This document shows positions 43,048-51,514 of a stretch of 64,000 nucleotides of DNA, in pieces. A program made the position numbers and the translations under genes. Source of the stretch: a virus; the IMG/VR virus record IMGVR_UViG_3300017684_000001, positions 1 to 64,000 of that record, one strand, 5' to 3'. Every line of letters begins with the position of its first letter. Positions within the stretch are counted from its first letter, which is position 1. The notes below the pieces were generated by a model. That model ran no database searches and was not told the DNA's origin. It saw nothing but the letters and a program-made list of their open reading frames with translations.

Positions 43048-43166
43048 AGAATGTGGGGCAACGGCATCCGCCATTTTACCCCACATTTCCGAGGCGGCGA
43101 CAGAGCGTGCAGGGCCATCGGGCGGCATCCGTCCAGCCCGCGCAAATCGTGGGGCAGAATGTGGGG
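43048..43166. repeat. AGAATGTGGGG repeat cluster in a non-coding gap
   Basis: Direct copies at 43048-43058 and 43156-43166. Inverted copy CCCCACATTTC at 43079-43089. Degenerate AAATCGTGGGG at 43144-43154. GGCATCCG occurs twice (43063, 43123). Confidence 0.7.
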
Positions 43167-43223
43167 TGAGGCCGTTTTTCGGCCCTCCGCGACGCCCTGA
43201 AATGACGGCAGAGGGGGCAGGGT

Positions 43224-43433
43224 TTGACGATGCAGAACGAGAGACTTGAACCCCGCGAGGGCTGGCGGATCAACCCGCTCCGGCGGTGTTACGAGCGAGG
43301 CCCGGAGGAGGAGCCAATCCGGGTTTACCCCATCGCAGGCGAGTTCGTGGCGTCGGTTTTTGGTTGCTGGATTGAGGGTGTCTGGTCGACGTTCGAAGAG
43401 GCCACTGCGGCGGCCGAGAAGGAAGCCAGTTAG
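43224..43433 (+). CDS. hypothetical protein
   Basis: 69 aa ORF. Confidence 0.45.
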   Translation: MTMQNERLEPREGWRINPLRRCYERGPEEEPIRVYPIAGEFVASVFGCWIEGVWSTFEEATAAAEKEAS

Positions 43434-43450
43434 GTTCCGGGGGCAGAAAC

Positions 43451-43619
43451 CATGTCGGTTCAAACGAACGTTTGGGACAGAAATTGCGAATGGATGAAAG
43501 ACAAGGATAAGTCGTGCTGCAATCCTATAGGCTGCCACTGTAAGGAAATATCGAAGTTGCGATCGCGCGTTCGCGATCTCGAAAAGAAGGTTTCGCGGGC
43601 TCGCGCTATTCTTGAGTGA
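43451..43619 (+). pseudogene. small Cys-rich/coiled-coil ORF interrupted by a frame change (or non-coding)
   Basis: Frame 0: MSVQTNVWDRNCEWMKEQG-stop at 43508. The +1 frame continues KNKDKSCCNPIGCHCKEISKLRSRVRDLEKKVSRARAILE-stop at 43617. Lower-GC 215 nt gap. Confidence 0.25.
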
Positions 43620-43648
43620 GCGGAAGGGGGGGGGGCAGGAGCTGGGTC

Positions 43649-43819
43649 ATGGATTATCGCGCGATCCTACAACGATACATGAGACTTATTATCAGCGAGG
43701 AGGGAACAGCTTTCCTTGAGTTTGCGGATCCTGACCTTTTTATAGAGGCAGAAGTACTGGATCTTGAAGCCATAGCGCGAGAGATTTTTAACGACCGTGC
43801 GCGGGCAAAGCCTGAGTAG
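43649..43819 (+). CDS. hypothetical acidic protein
   Basis: Part of ORF 43616..43819. ATG 43649 (MDYRAILQ) preceded by a G10 tract and AGGAG. Confidence 0.45.
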   Translation: MDYRAILQRYMRLIISEEGTAFLEFADPDLFIEAEVLDLEAIAREIFNDRARAKPE

Positions 43820-43851
43820 CGCGGAGGGGGGGGGCATCCACTTGTTCTCTA

Positions 43852-43916
43852 ATAAAACGCTTTTCTTTTACGAGAAAATGGCGCATACCTCCGTCGGGGC
43901 CGGAAACGAGAGCCCC
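43852..43916 (+). promoter_or_regulatory. early-type promoter cassette 3
   Basis: ATAAAAC. Box at 43859-43869. CATACC at 43884-43889. Hairpin GGGGC-CGGAAACGAGA-GCCCC at 43896-43916. GGAG RBS and ATG at 43932. Confidence 0.55.
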
Positions 43917-43931
43917 GACGGAGAGCCCGCG

Positions 43932-45419
43932 ATGACCCCGACCGCCCAGCAGACCGCCTTCCTCGAAGCCCTGACCTCGACCCGCTCGAACCTCGCCCTC
44001 GTCGCCCGCGCCGGTTGCGGGAAGACCTCGACGATCCTACTCGGGGTCGACGCCGTCCGTCGGGCCAATCCGCGCTCCGAGGTCCTGGTCTGCGCGTTCA
44101 ACAAGGCGATCGCCGACGAGGTCTCCGAGAAGCTCAAGAAGGCCGGCCACGCCGACTGGCGCGCCGTCCAGGCCTCGACCCTCCACGGCCTCGGCTTCGG
44201 CCTCCTGAAATATGCCTTCAAGCCAAAGGTCGACGAGAAGAAGGTCCCGATGATCGTCGACGGCGCGAACAAGGAGATTTTCGCGACCTACCGCTCGCAG
44301 ATCATCGCGCTCGTCAAGTACGCGAAGCAGGCCGGCTTCGGTTTCTTCCCGGACCTACCGATCAACGACGATCGCCCCTGGTTCGATCTCGCCGACCACT
44401 TCGACGTGAACGGCTTCGAGGAGACCGACGACGCGACTGACGTCGTCGCCGCGGCCCGGTTCGTCTACAAGGCATCGCTCGCCCAGACCGACGTCGTCGA
44501 CTTCGACGACATGATCCTGTTCCCGCTCGTGAAGAACCTCGTCGTCAAGTTCGGGAAAGACGTCGTCTTCCTCGACGAGGCCCAGGATCTCTCCCGCGCC
44601 AGACAGGCGCTCGCCCGGAAGTTTGTGAAGCGCGGCGGCCGGATGGTCGTCGTCGGCGACGACCGACAGGCGATCTACGGCTTTTCGGGCGCTGATGCCG
44701 CGGCGCTCCCGAACCTGATCGAGAGCCTCGATGCGACCGTCCTCCCGCTATCTGTGACTTGGCGTTGTCCGAAAGCCGTCGTCGAAATCGCCCGGACGCT
44801 CGTCCGAGATATCGAGGCGGCCCCCGGTGCGCCCGAGGGTAAGGTTTCCCGGGTTGGTAAGCTCCCGGGCGATCTTGGACCCGGCGACGCGATCCTCTGC
44901 CGGAATACCGCACCGCTCGTGAAGACCGCATACGCTCTGATCCGCTCGGGTAAGCCGGCGAAGGTCGAGGGCCGGGCAATCGGCGACGGCCTGAAGGCGC
45001 TCGCGTCGCGCTGGAAGGTCTCGACCGTCGACGCGCTTCTCCGGAAGCTCGACGACTACCGCGAACGCGAGATCCAGAAGGCGATGGCGAAGGGGAACGA
45101 GGCGAAAGCCGAAGAGGTCGAGGATCGGGTCGGGACCCTGGTCGAGGTCTGTGCGGCCTGCCTCGCTGCTGGGAAGACGAGCGTCGCCGACGTCAGATCG
45201 TTCATCGATGCCTTGTTCGCCGATGACGCGAAGGGAGCGATCGTCCTCGCGACCTATCACCGCTCGAAAGGCCGTGAGTGGCCACGGGTTTACCTGTTCG
45301 AGCATGCCCTACGGTGCCCGTCGAAAGCGGCTAAGAAGGCTTGGCAGTTCGAGCAAGAGGCGAACCTCGCCTACGTCGCCTTTACCCGCGCTCAATCCGA
45401 ACTGACGTTCGTCGGTTGA
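43932..45419 (+). CDS. UvrD/Rep-type SF1 DNA helicase
   Basis: ORF track 43797..45419. ATG 43932 chosen downstream of the cassette. Motifs ARAGCGKTST, VVFLDEAQDL, VGDDRQAIYGFSGAD, TYHRSKGREW. Confidence 0.85.
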   Translation: MTPTAQQTAFLEALTSTRSNLALVARAGCGKTSTILLGVDAVRRANPRSEVLVCAFNKAIADEVSEKLKKAGHADWRAVQASTLHGLGFGLLKYAFKPKVDEKKVPMIVDGANKEIFATYRSQIIALVKYAKQAGFGFFPDLPINDDRPWFDLADHFDVNGFEETDDATDVVAAARFVYKASLAQTDVVDFDDMILFPLVKNLVVKFGKDVVFLDEAQDLSRARQALARKFVKRGGRMVVVGDDRQAIYGFSGADAAALPNLIESLDATVLPLSVTWRCPKAVVEIARTLVRDIEAAPGAPEGKVSRVGKLPGDLGPGDAILCRNTAPLVKTAYALIRSGKPAKVEGRAIGDGLKALASRWKVSTVDALLRKLDDYREREIQKAMAKGNEAKAEEVEDRVGTLVEVCAACLAAGKTSVADVRSFIDALFADDAKGAIVLATYHRSKGREWPRVYLFEHALRCPSKAAKKAWQFEQEANLAYVAFTRAQSELTFVG

Positions 45420-45430
45420 AGATCAAACCG

Positions 45431-45450
45431 CCGGGGCCTTCGGGCCTCGG
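45431..45450 (+). other. UUCG-loop GC hairpin after the helicase gene
   Basis: CCGGGGCC-TTCG-GGCCTCGG, 8 bp including one G-T pair, no U-run. Confidence 0.45.
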
Positions 45451-45468
45451 CTATCAGAGGATAATCCA

Positions 45469-45777
45469 ATGAACGAAAACGACCAAAACGGAGAACGAGC
45501 TTTGCTCGAAATCTTCTCCGACCCGGCTACGCTGATGATGATCGAAGGAGGGGTTCTGGCTGAGAAAGAGTTTTTTCTCGCCCGCAATTACGTAACCGAG
45601 GCAATCGCCTCGTTCCAAAGCGATCCGGCCGACAGCGACTTTCAACGCGGCTATCTCGCGGCCCTCGAAGTCGTCGGGAAAGAGGCGCTCGGGATGGACA
45701 TCGACCTAGGCCCGAAGGATTCCGAGATCGAGATCCGTGAACGTCGGGCCATGTTTCGCCTCGTAGAAAAGGATTGA
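45469..45777 (+). CDS. hypothetical protein
   Basis: 102 aa ORF. Confidence 0.5.
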   Translation: MNENDQNGERALLEIFSDPATLMMIEGGVLAEKEFFLARNYVTEAIASFQSDPADSDFQRGYLAALEVVGKEALGMDIDLGPKDSEIEIRERRAMFRLVEKD

Positions 45778-46238
45778 CCGACATGTCTTTGAACATCCCG
45801 AACCTCGACAAGCTGATCGCGCATCTAGAGGCGCAGCCGCCGGAGCGGATCAATATGGCGTGGGCCTTCTTCAAGAAAACGCCTCTTTACGGGGAATGCG
45901 GCTGTATCATCGCGCACGCTAACGAAGTATTCCCAGGAAATCACATATCACCCATCTTCGGCGACAAACGAATTAGTGATGCTCTATTCATGCCTCCTCA
46001 CTACTATGATGAGGATGAGATTTTACAGAAGCGTTACCCCGCCCACCGCGTCATCGCCACCCTCAAGCGCCTCCGCGACCGGTTCTTGGCGACGGGCGAG
46101 ATCGTCGTAGATTGGGGAGCTGAGCCGGGATCCGAGCCTGCGCAGCCCTGGGCCGCCCCGCGCGCCGTCGAGATCACGCCGCCGGCCCTGCCCGAGACGC
46201 TGACCCGTCTCCTCACCGCCCAGCGTGAGGAGGCCTGA
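45774..46238 (+). CDS. hypothetical protein, Cys-motif paralogue 1
   Basis: 154 aa. ...INMAWAFF...YGECGCIIAHA ... LRDRFLATGE. Shares motifs with 51755..52276. Confidence 0.5.
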   Translation: MTDMSLNIPNLDKLIAHLEAQPPERINMAWAFFKKTPLYGECGCIIAHANEVFPGNHISPIFGDKRISDALFMPPHYYDEDEILQKRYPAHRVIATLKRLRDRFLATGEIVVDWGAEPGSEPAQPWAAPRAVEITPPALPETLTRLLTAQREEA

Positions 46239-46241
46239 GCC

Positions 46242-46910
46242 ATGGCCGAGAACGTCCATTGCGCGGCCGAGTCCGCATCCGAGAACATGGCGCTCCTGAA
46301 GCGCGAGAACGCCGAGTTGCGCGCCTACCTCAAGGCGTTCTGCGTGGCGACGATCGACCCCGAAGACCTCGGCCGGGACGTGGGCGCGCACGAGGCCAAC
46401 CCGTTCATCACCTACGCCTTCCAACTCGTCGAGGAGGGCGACCCCCAGGCCGATCGTGCCATCTCAGGCGGCCAGGTTCGGCGCGCCATGGAGCTGGTCG
46501 GGTTCGACAAGCTCAAGATCCAGCCGTCCGACCAGACCATCGCCGACGAGCTGACCGAGGCGCGCGATCTGCGGCGCGCGGTCAAGGACTTCTCTGCGAG
46601 CGTCACCATCCCCGGCCCCGGCGACGAGGAGCGCGACTTCTGGCTGATGGCGGCCGAGCAGCACGGCTTCCAGGAGGCGGCCGACGGCTCGCTCTATACC
46701 GCCGACCCGGACGAGGTGCTGAAGCTCATGGCTGCGGCCCGGGAGCAGGGGCGCAAGGACGTGCTCGACGCGCTCGCGACGGAAGCTGCCCGTGACGACG
46801 TGAAGTGCCATTGCGTCAGCGTGTTCGGGCCGAACCCGGAATGCGGGGCCTGCGGCGGATCGGGATGCGTCTCGGAGACCACTGTCAGCACCTCCGGAGC
46901 CGCCCGATGA
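46242..46910 (+). CDS. hypothetical protein with C-terminal Cys cluster
   Basis: 222 aa. ...KCHCVSVFGPNPECGACGGSGC. Confidence 0.5.
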   Translation: MAENVHCAAESASENMALLKRENAELRAYLKAFCVATIDPEDLGRDVGAHEANPFITYAFQLVEEGDPQADRAISGGQVRRAMELVGFDKLKIQPSDQTIADELTEARDLRRAVKDFSASVTIPGPGDEERDFWLMAAEQHGFQEAADGSLYTADPDEVLKLMAAAREQGRKDVLDALATEAARDDVKCHCVSVFGPNPECGACGGSGCVSETTVSTSGAAR

Positions 46911-47308
46911 CGGACCTCACCCTTGAGGAGAAGGTTTCCGGCGCCGAACAGCGCGCACGCGAGCTCGCGGCCGAGAAGCACTTCTACGCCGCCGCCCAGC
47001 CGTTCTTTCCGCTCGGATTTTCGGTCAACTACCGCAATCCAGGCCACTGGGACGTGATGGCGGAACAGTGCCCTGGCAGGCTCTCGGCTTGGCAGCACGC
47101 CAACCCAGGCGGCCGGGCGAGCGGCGGAGATGGCGGCATAGAGCGCGCCTTCCGCATCCGCGGCGAGCCGGGCCGCGTGACCATGCTCGACGAACGCTGG
47201 GATCCGAACCGGCCGCACCCACGCGAGACCCTGACCTTCCGCAGCGTCACCGGCGCGATGCTCTGGATCGTCGAAGAGCTGATGCAGGAACCGGAGTCCG
47301 CCCGATGA
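46907..47308 (+). CDS. hypothetical protein
   Basis: Part of ORF 46805..47308. ATG 46907 forms an ATGA overlap. Confidence 0.45.
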   Translation: MTDLTLEEKVSGAEQRARELAAEKHFYAAAQPFFPLGFSVNYRNPGHWDVMAEQCPGRLSAWQHANPGGRASGGDGGIERAFRIRGEPGRVTMLDERWDPNRPHPRETLTFRSVTGAMLWIVEELMQEPESAR

Positions 47309-48009
47309 CGAATCCCATCACCCCACCCACCACGGACCTGGCCGCACGCTTCGAGGCCAAGCGCGAGGAGTGCTGGAAACTCGCGGCCATCGGCGAAGGC
47401 AGAAACGGCGTCGACTTTTGGGCTGGCGGTGCATCCGCCTTCGCCGAAGCCAGGGACATGGCCCGCGCAGGTGCCGCCGGGGGAGCGGATGGCTTCGTGC
47501 TGGTGCCGCGCGAGCCGACGCCGAAGATGGTCGCATCGACCTGGAATGACCATGTCGACGCGAACGGCGGGATCGAGAGCCAGAACGCGCGGAACAAGCG
47601 GATCTACCGCGCCATGATCGCCGCCGCCGCCCCCGCCGCTCCGCCCCCTCCCGCCCAGCAAGTGGACAAGCAACGGCGCGACGAAGACGGCTTCGTCTGC
47701 GAGTACGACCAGGGCTGCAAGCCAGAGACCGACACCTACACGATCTGCTGGGATGGCGGCGCGCGCTGGCTCATCGTGGACCGTCACGGCCTGATCACCA
47801 TAGGCCAGTCCCCTGCTGACGACCGCCCGGTTCAGCAGACGACGTGGCAAGCCCTCATGTCGCCCCCTCCCGCCCAGCAAGGATCCTCGCCCCCTCCACT
47901 CACCGCAGAGCGGGTGGATCTGCCACCTCCGCTCACCTCGTTGAAAGCGATGGTGCGGGAGCGCCTGTCCGAGATCAAAGAAACGACCTCCAGCGATGCA
48001 GATCGATGA
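47305..48009 (+). CDS. hypothetical protein (Pro/Ala-rich linkers)
   Basis: Part of ORF 47068..48009. ATG 47305 forms an ATGA overlap. Confidence 0.45.
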   Translation: MTNPITPPTTDLAARFEAKREECWKLAAIGEGRNGVDFWAGGASAFAEARDMARAGAAGGADGFVLVPREPTPKMVASTWNDHVDANGGIESQNARNKRIYRAMIAAAAPAAPPPPAQQVDKQRRDEDGFVCEYDQGCKPETDTYTICWDGGARWLIVDRHGLITIGQSPADDRPVQQTTWQALMSPPPAQQGSSPPPLTAERVDLPPPLTSLKAMVRERLSEIKETTSSDADR

Positions 48010-48012
48010 GAC

Positions 48013-48753
48013 ATGGGGGATTGGCTCTGGGCCCAGTTGATGGACTGGTGCAAGAAGCGCGGCGTCGCGCCCGCAAACTACGACGACCTGTTCGACATCG
48101 TCAGGGGTATCCGCCACCTCGTCCCCGCATCTCTCCCAGCAGGAACGGGATCGGCCGATGAGGGGACGGGACTGGGCGCGCCGGCTGTTGCGCAGACTGG
48201 ATGGCACCGCACGGCGACAGACGGAAAGCCCCGATACAATGGCGAGTGGGGCGAAAGATATCTTCTGACGTGGAGCGAAAGGACAGCTACGGCCGACATC
48301 AACTGTATCGACGGGGAATGGGAGCACGGCCAGGCGATCGCCCTGACCGGCATGGACTGGTGGTGCTGGCTCGACGCGCCGCCGTATTCTGACGCTGAGG
48401 GCGATAGCGCTGCTGCCGAAGGTCAGGCTCCCGGCATTTTCGTCGAAGGCTACCTGAACGACCTCTGCCTTGCGGGGAAGCATCCTGCGCAACAGCAAAC
48501 GCCCACCTCCCCTCAGGAGGTTGAGGTCAAGTCGCCCACCCCCGATCCTGTAGGGGAGGCAAAGGCGCTGCTGGAGGGGCTACCGAAAAATCGCACACCG
48601 GAGCAGCACATCGCGTCTTTCCGCAGGGCCTCGCTCGGCATGACGAGAGTCGAGAATGCTGACAAGTGCCTCGCCAAGGCCGACGCCATCGAAGCCGCTC
48701 TAGTCACCCTCCATGCGAGCCAGGATCAGGCCGGGGAGGTGCGCCGTGGATAA
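48013..48753 (+). CDS. hypothetical protein
   Basis: 246 aa ORF. Confidence 0.45.
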   Translation: MGDWLWAQLMDWCKKRGVAPANYDDLFDIVRGIRHLVPASLPAGTGSADEGTGLGAPAVAQTGWHRTATDGKPRYNGEWGERYLLTWSERTATADINCIDGEWEHGQAIALTGMDWWCWLDAPPYSDAEGDSAAAEGQAPGIFVEGYLNDLCLAGKHPAQQQTPTSPQEVEVKSPTPDPVGEAKALLEGLPKNRTPEQHIASFRRASLGMTRVENADKCLAKADAIEAALVTLHASQDQAGEVRRG

Positions 48754-49171
48754 CCAGCGCATCGCCACTGCCGTGCTAGGCTCTAGCGAAATCGACATGG
48801 AGAAGGTCTGGGACGCCGTTCGCGGCTCACCTGCGGACCTTCGTGCCAAGGGCTGCACCGTCGCCGTGCATAACGACTACCGGCTCGGCGGGAAGGCAAT
48901 GACCTTCTGGTTGCTGACCTACGATACCGGCAAGCAGGACACCTTTGGCCGGCCGATTACCCGCTCGTTCAAGGGCGAGGGCGAGACCGACGCGGAGGCG
49001 CTGGACAAGGTGAGAGCCGAATTCGCTGCCGTCACCGACAACCACAAGCACGCTCCGATGTGCCCGGCCAATCACTACCACGGCGCCCGCGCACCTACTG
49101 GTTCTTGCACCTGTGGAGCCATCCGTATCGGCGTGTTCATGTACGGAAAGCGGGAGAACACCTGTGGCTGA
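48746..49171 (+). CDS. hypothetical protein
   Basis: ORF track 48713..49171. GTG 48746 with GGGGAGG 6 nt upstream, overlapping the previous stop. Confidence 0.45.
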   Translation: MDNQRIATAVLGSSEIDMEKVWDAVRGSPADLRAKGCTVAVHNDYRLGGKAMTFWLLTYDTGKQDTFGRPITRSFKGEGETDAEALDKVRAEFAAVTDNHKHAPMCPANHYHGARAPTGSCTCGAIRIGVFMYGKRENTCG

Positions 49172-49997
49172 ACCCGCCCCCGTTACTGCCGATCAGGAAG
49201 AGGCCCTGCGGGAGGACGAAGCTGAGTTCCGACAGCCAGCGCCGCCCCCGATCCCAGTCCGCAAGCGCTACTACATCACCGAGTGCGAGCACTGCGCATG
49301 GGTCGGCTCATCCGAGCAGTGCGGAAGCTACGACGACAGCATGTCCTGCCCGGTATGCTGCTCGGAGATGTGCGGCGACGAACCGGATGAGGCTGAGATC
49401 GCCAAGCATGGCGAGGCCGTCATGCAGCGCATCATCGCCACCGAAGCCAAGGTCGACCAGCTCGCCTCCGAACTGCGCGAGGCACGGGAAGAGCGGCACG
49501 GCATGATCGACGACTACGCGGCGCTCGTCATGAGAAAGGTTGAGCAGAGACTTCGCGCGGAAGCCGCCGAAGCCAACCTGATTGACCTCGCCAAGATGTA
49601 CGGCGAGGCGTGCGGCAGACTTGCTACGGCGCGATACGAGCGGTTCCGTACAGACCGTCGCATCCGGCTTCAGCGGTTCGCCCTCCGAGAGGCCAACAAG
49701 TACACCGACAAGGGCACCGGAAGCCGAGCCTACGTCCACCTGTTTCAGTACGCGCAGAAGATGTCTCGGCGCGCTCACTCGGCCGCCGCCGAGATCGCCT
49801 CTCTGCGCTCGGCTACCGGCGACGGGGGCGAGGCGAAGGAACCCCACGACTACGAGGTGATCGGCACGACCTACGACGGCGTGAAGGTGCTTCGCGCGAT
49901 CAGCGAGCCGACGAACTTCACCCGGGAGGAGATTCGGGCCGCCGTGGAGGCCGCCCTTCAGCCCCGCTCCACGAAGATCGAGGGGGCGGGCGAATAA
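49164..49997 (+). CDS. zinc-ribbon plus coiled-coil protein
   Basis: ORF track 49113..49997. GTG 49164 with GGGAG upstream. CEHCAW...CPVCC motif, then a long helical region. Confidence 0.45.
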   Translation: MAEPAPVTADQEEALREDEAEFRQPAPPPIPVRKRYYITECEHCAWVGSSEQCGSYDDSMSCPVCCSEMCGDEPDEAEIAKHGEAVMQRIIATEAKVDQLASELREAREERHGMIDDYAALVMRKVEQRLRAEAAEANLIDLAKMYGEACGRLATARYERFRTDRRIRLQRFALREANKYTDKGTGSRAYVHLFQYAQKMSRRAHSAAAEIASLRSATGDGGEAKEPHDYEVIGTTYDGVKVLRAISEPTNFTREEIRAAVEAALQPRSTKIEGAGE

Positions 49998-50011
49998 AAA
50001 CGTATCTCGTC

Positions 50012-50078
50012 TTTAAAAACGCTTTTCTTTTTAATCAATCTGGCGTCTTATGGCGGCGGGGCCGGAGACGATCGCCCC
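50012..50078 (+). promoter_or_regulatory. early-type promoter cassette 4
   Basis: TTTAAAAAC. Box at 50021-50031. TCTTAT at 50046-50051. Hairpin GGGGC-CGGAGACGATC-GCCCC at 50058-50078. ATG at 50104. Confidence 0.55.
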
Positions 50079-50103
50079 ATGCTTAAACCGAGGAACGAAA
50101 GCC

Positions 50104-50910
50104 ATGTCAAAAACCGGAATTCAAGGGATCTCAACCGGGCGATCGGACACGTTCCGGATCAGCCTTGACGATCTCTATGTTCGAGAAGGATGGAACGCGC
50201 GCGACGTCGACTTCAACCCGAATGATGAAGACGATCTGGCTCTCGCTCAGTCGATCGCTGAAGTCGGCGTCAAGGAGACGATGACGGCGATCTGGGAGGA
50301 CGGGCGGGCCTACATCACGAACGGACATCGTCGCCGGGCCGCCGCTCTCTACGCCCGCGACGTCCTAAAAGCCGAGATCAAGTCCGTCCCGGTTCAGACC
50401 GAGCCGCGGTATTCGAGTGAGGCCGAACACGTCCTCTCTCAGATCGTCCGGAACGCCGGCAAACCGCTTACCCCATTCGAGAAGGGCAAGGTGTTCAAGA
50501 AACTTCTCGACCTCGGCTGGAGCGAGACGGAAATCGGTCAGAAGACCGGGATCACCCGTACGCGCGTCGTGCAACTTCTCGAAGTCCAATCGGCCCCGGA
50601 GCCCGTCAAGGCGATGGTTCGATCGGGTGAGGTCTCAGCCGATCTTGCCATGAAGACGATCCGAGCAGCCGACGGCGACACCGGAAAGGCCGTCGCCGAT
50701 CTCGCAGGCGCGATCGGCACGGCGAAGAAGGCCGGGAAGACCCGAGCCACGGCCAAGCACGTCGAGGGCGGCGAGCCTCGATCATCTCTCAAGAAGACCG
50801 CCGGGGAATTGCTCCGCGTTTCCGAGGTTGAGATCTCAGGCGACGACGTGGTCACGCTGACCATGCCGAAAAGCTACTTCGAGCAATTCAAGAAGGCCGC
50901 TGGGTACTGA
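50104..50910 (+). CDS. ParB/Srx-fold N-terminal domain protein with HTH
   Basis: ORF track 50050..50910. ATG 50104 (MSKTGIQG). ITNGHRRRAAAL is a ParB GxxRxxA-type box. GWSETEIGQKTGITRTRVVQLLEV is an HTH. Confidence 0.75.
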   Translation: MSKTGIQGISTGRSDTFRISLDDLYVREGWNARDVDFNPNDEDDLALAQSIAEVGVKETMTAIWEDGRAYITNGHRRRAAALYARDVLKAEIKSVPVQTEPRYSSEAEHVLSQIVRNAGKPLTPFEKGKVFKKLLDLGWSETEIGQKTGITRTRVVQLLEVQSAPEPVKAMVRSGEVSADLAMKTIRAADGDTGKAVADLAGAIGTAKKAGKTRATAKHVEGGEPRSSLKKTAGELLRVSEVEISGDDVVTLTMPKSYFEQFKKAAGY

Positions 50911-50911
50911 A

Positions 50912-51496
50912 GTGCCGATCGAGGATCTCGCAAAAGCCGCTCTCTCGACGTGGGAGATGGATCGCCTCGTCGAGATCCTTATCGGGCGAGATATCGAGCC
51001 GACCGCAGACCGGCTCTCATCGCTTCATCGGTTCAAGAACACGATCAACACCCTACTGCCGGATATCGGAGAGGAGGTCGGAAACGAGATCCTACGGACG
51101 CGGCCGTTCAAAGAAGCAGAAGCGCTGACGGAACTGGCTCTCATGGCCTCGAAAGTTCCGAAAGAACCGATTCGCTTCGATTTCCCGCTTCCAGTCATGG
51201 CCAATCTGAAGACGACCAAGCAGAAAGGCATTCTGAAAAGGAAAGGGAGCGGTAAGCCAAAGAACCGCCCGTACAGACCAGACGGTACGAAAAGAGGAAT
51301 CCTGTCGCAGTATGCCGGCATGAGGCTCTATCCGGTCAAAGGCGCGAGACCTTCATCCCCTGGGACTTTGGACGCGCTTTCCCTTGAGATCGTCACGCAA
51401 AATCCAGGGATCACATACCGAGAGTTTAAAGAGAAGGGAGGTCAGGGGAGGCGACTTACCAGAGAAGTCAAAAACAAACGTATCCGTGTGAAGTGA
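50912..51496 (+). CDS. hypothetical basic protein
   Basis: 194 aa, GTG start, Lys/Arg-rich middle. Confidence 0.45.
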   Translation: MPIEDLAKAALSTWEMDRLVEILIGRDIEPTADRLSSLHRFKNTINTLLPDIGEEVGNEILRTRPFKEAEALTELALMASKVPKEPIRFDFPLPVMANLKTTKQKGILKRKGSGKPKNRPYRPDGTKRGILSQYAGMRLYPVKGARPSSPGTLDALSLEIVTQNPGITYREFKEKGGQGRRLTREVKNKRIRVK

Positions 51497-51514
51497 TGTG
51501 AAAAGGAAAACGAC

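Noticed and set aside
43017-43538. 173-aa minus-strand ORF (and 43076-43273, 43246-43497) covering the AGAATGTGGGG repeat gap.
   Set aside because: It is Arg/Pro/Leu-rich low-information sequence. It overlaps the better-supported plus-strand ORF 43224-43433 and runs against the local transcription direction.
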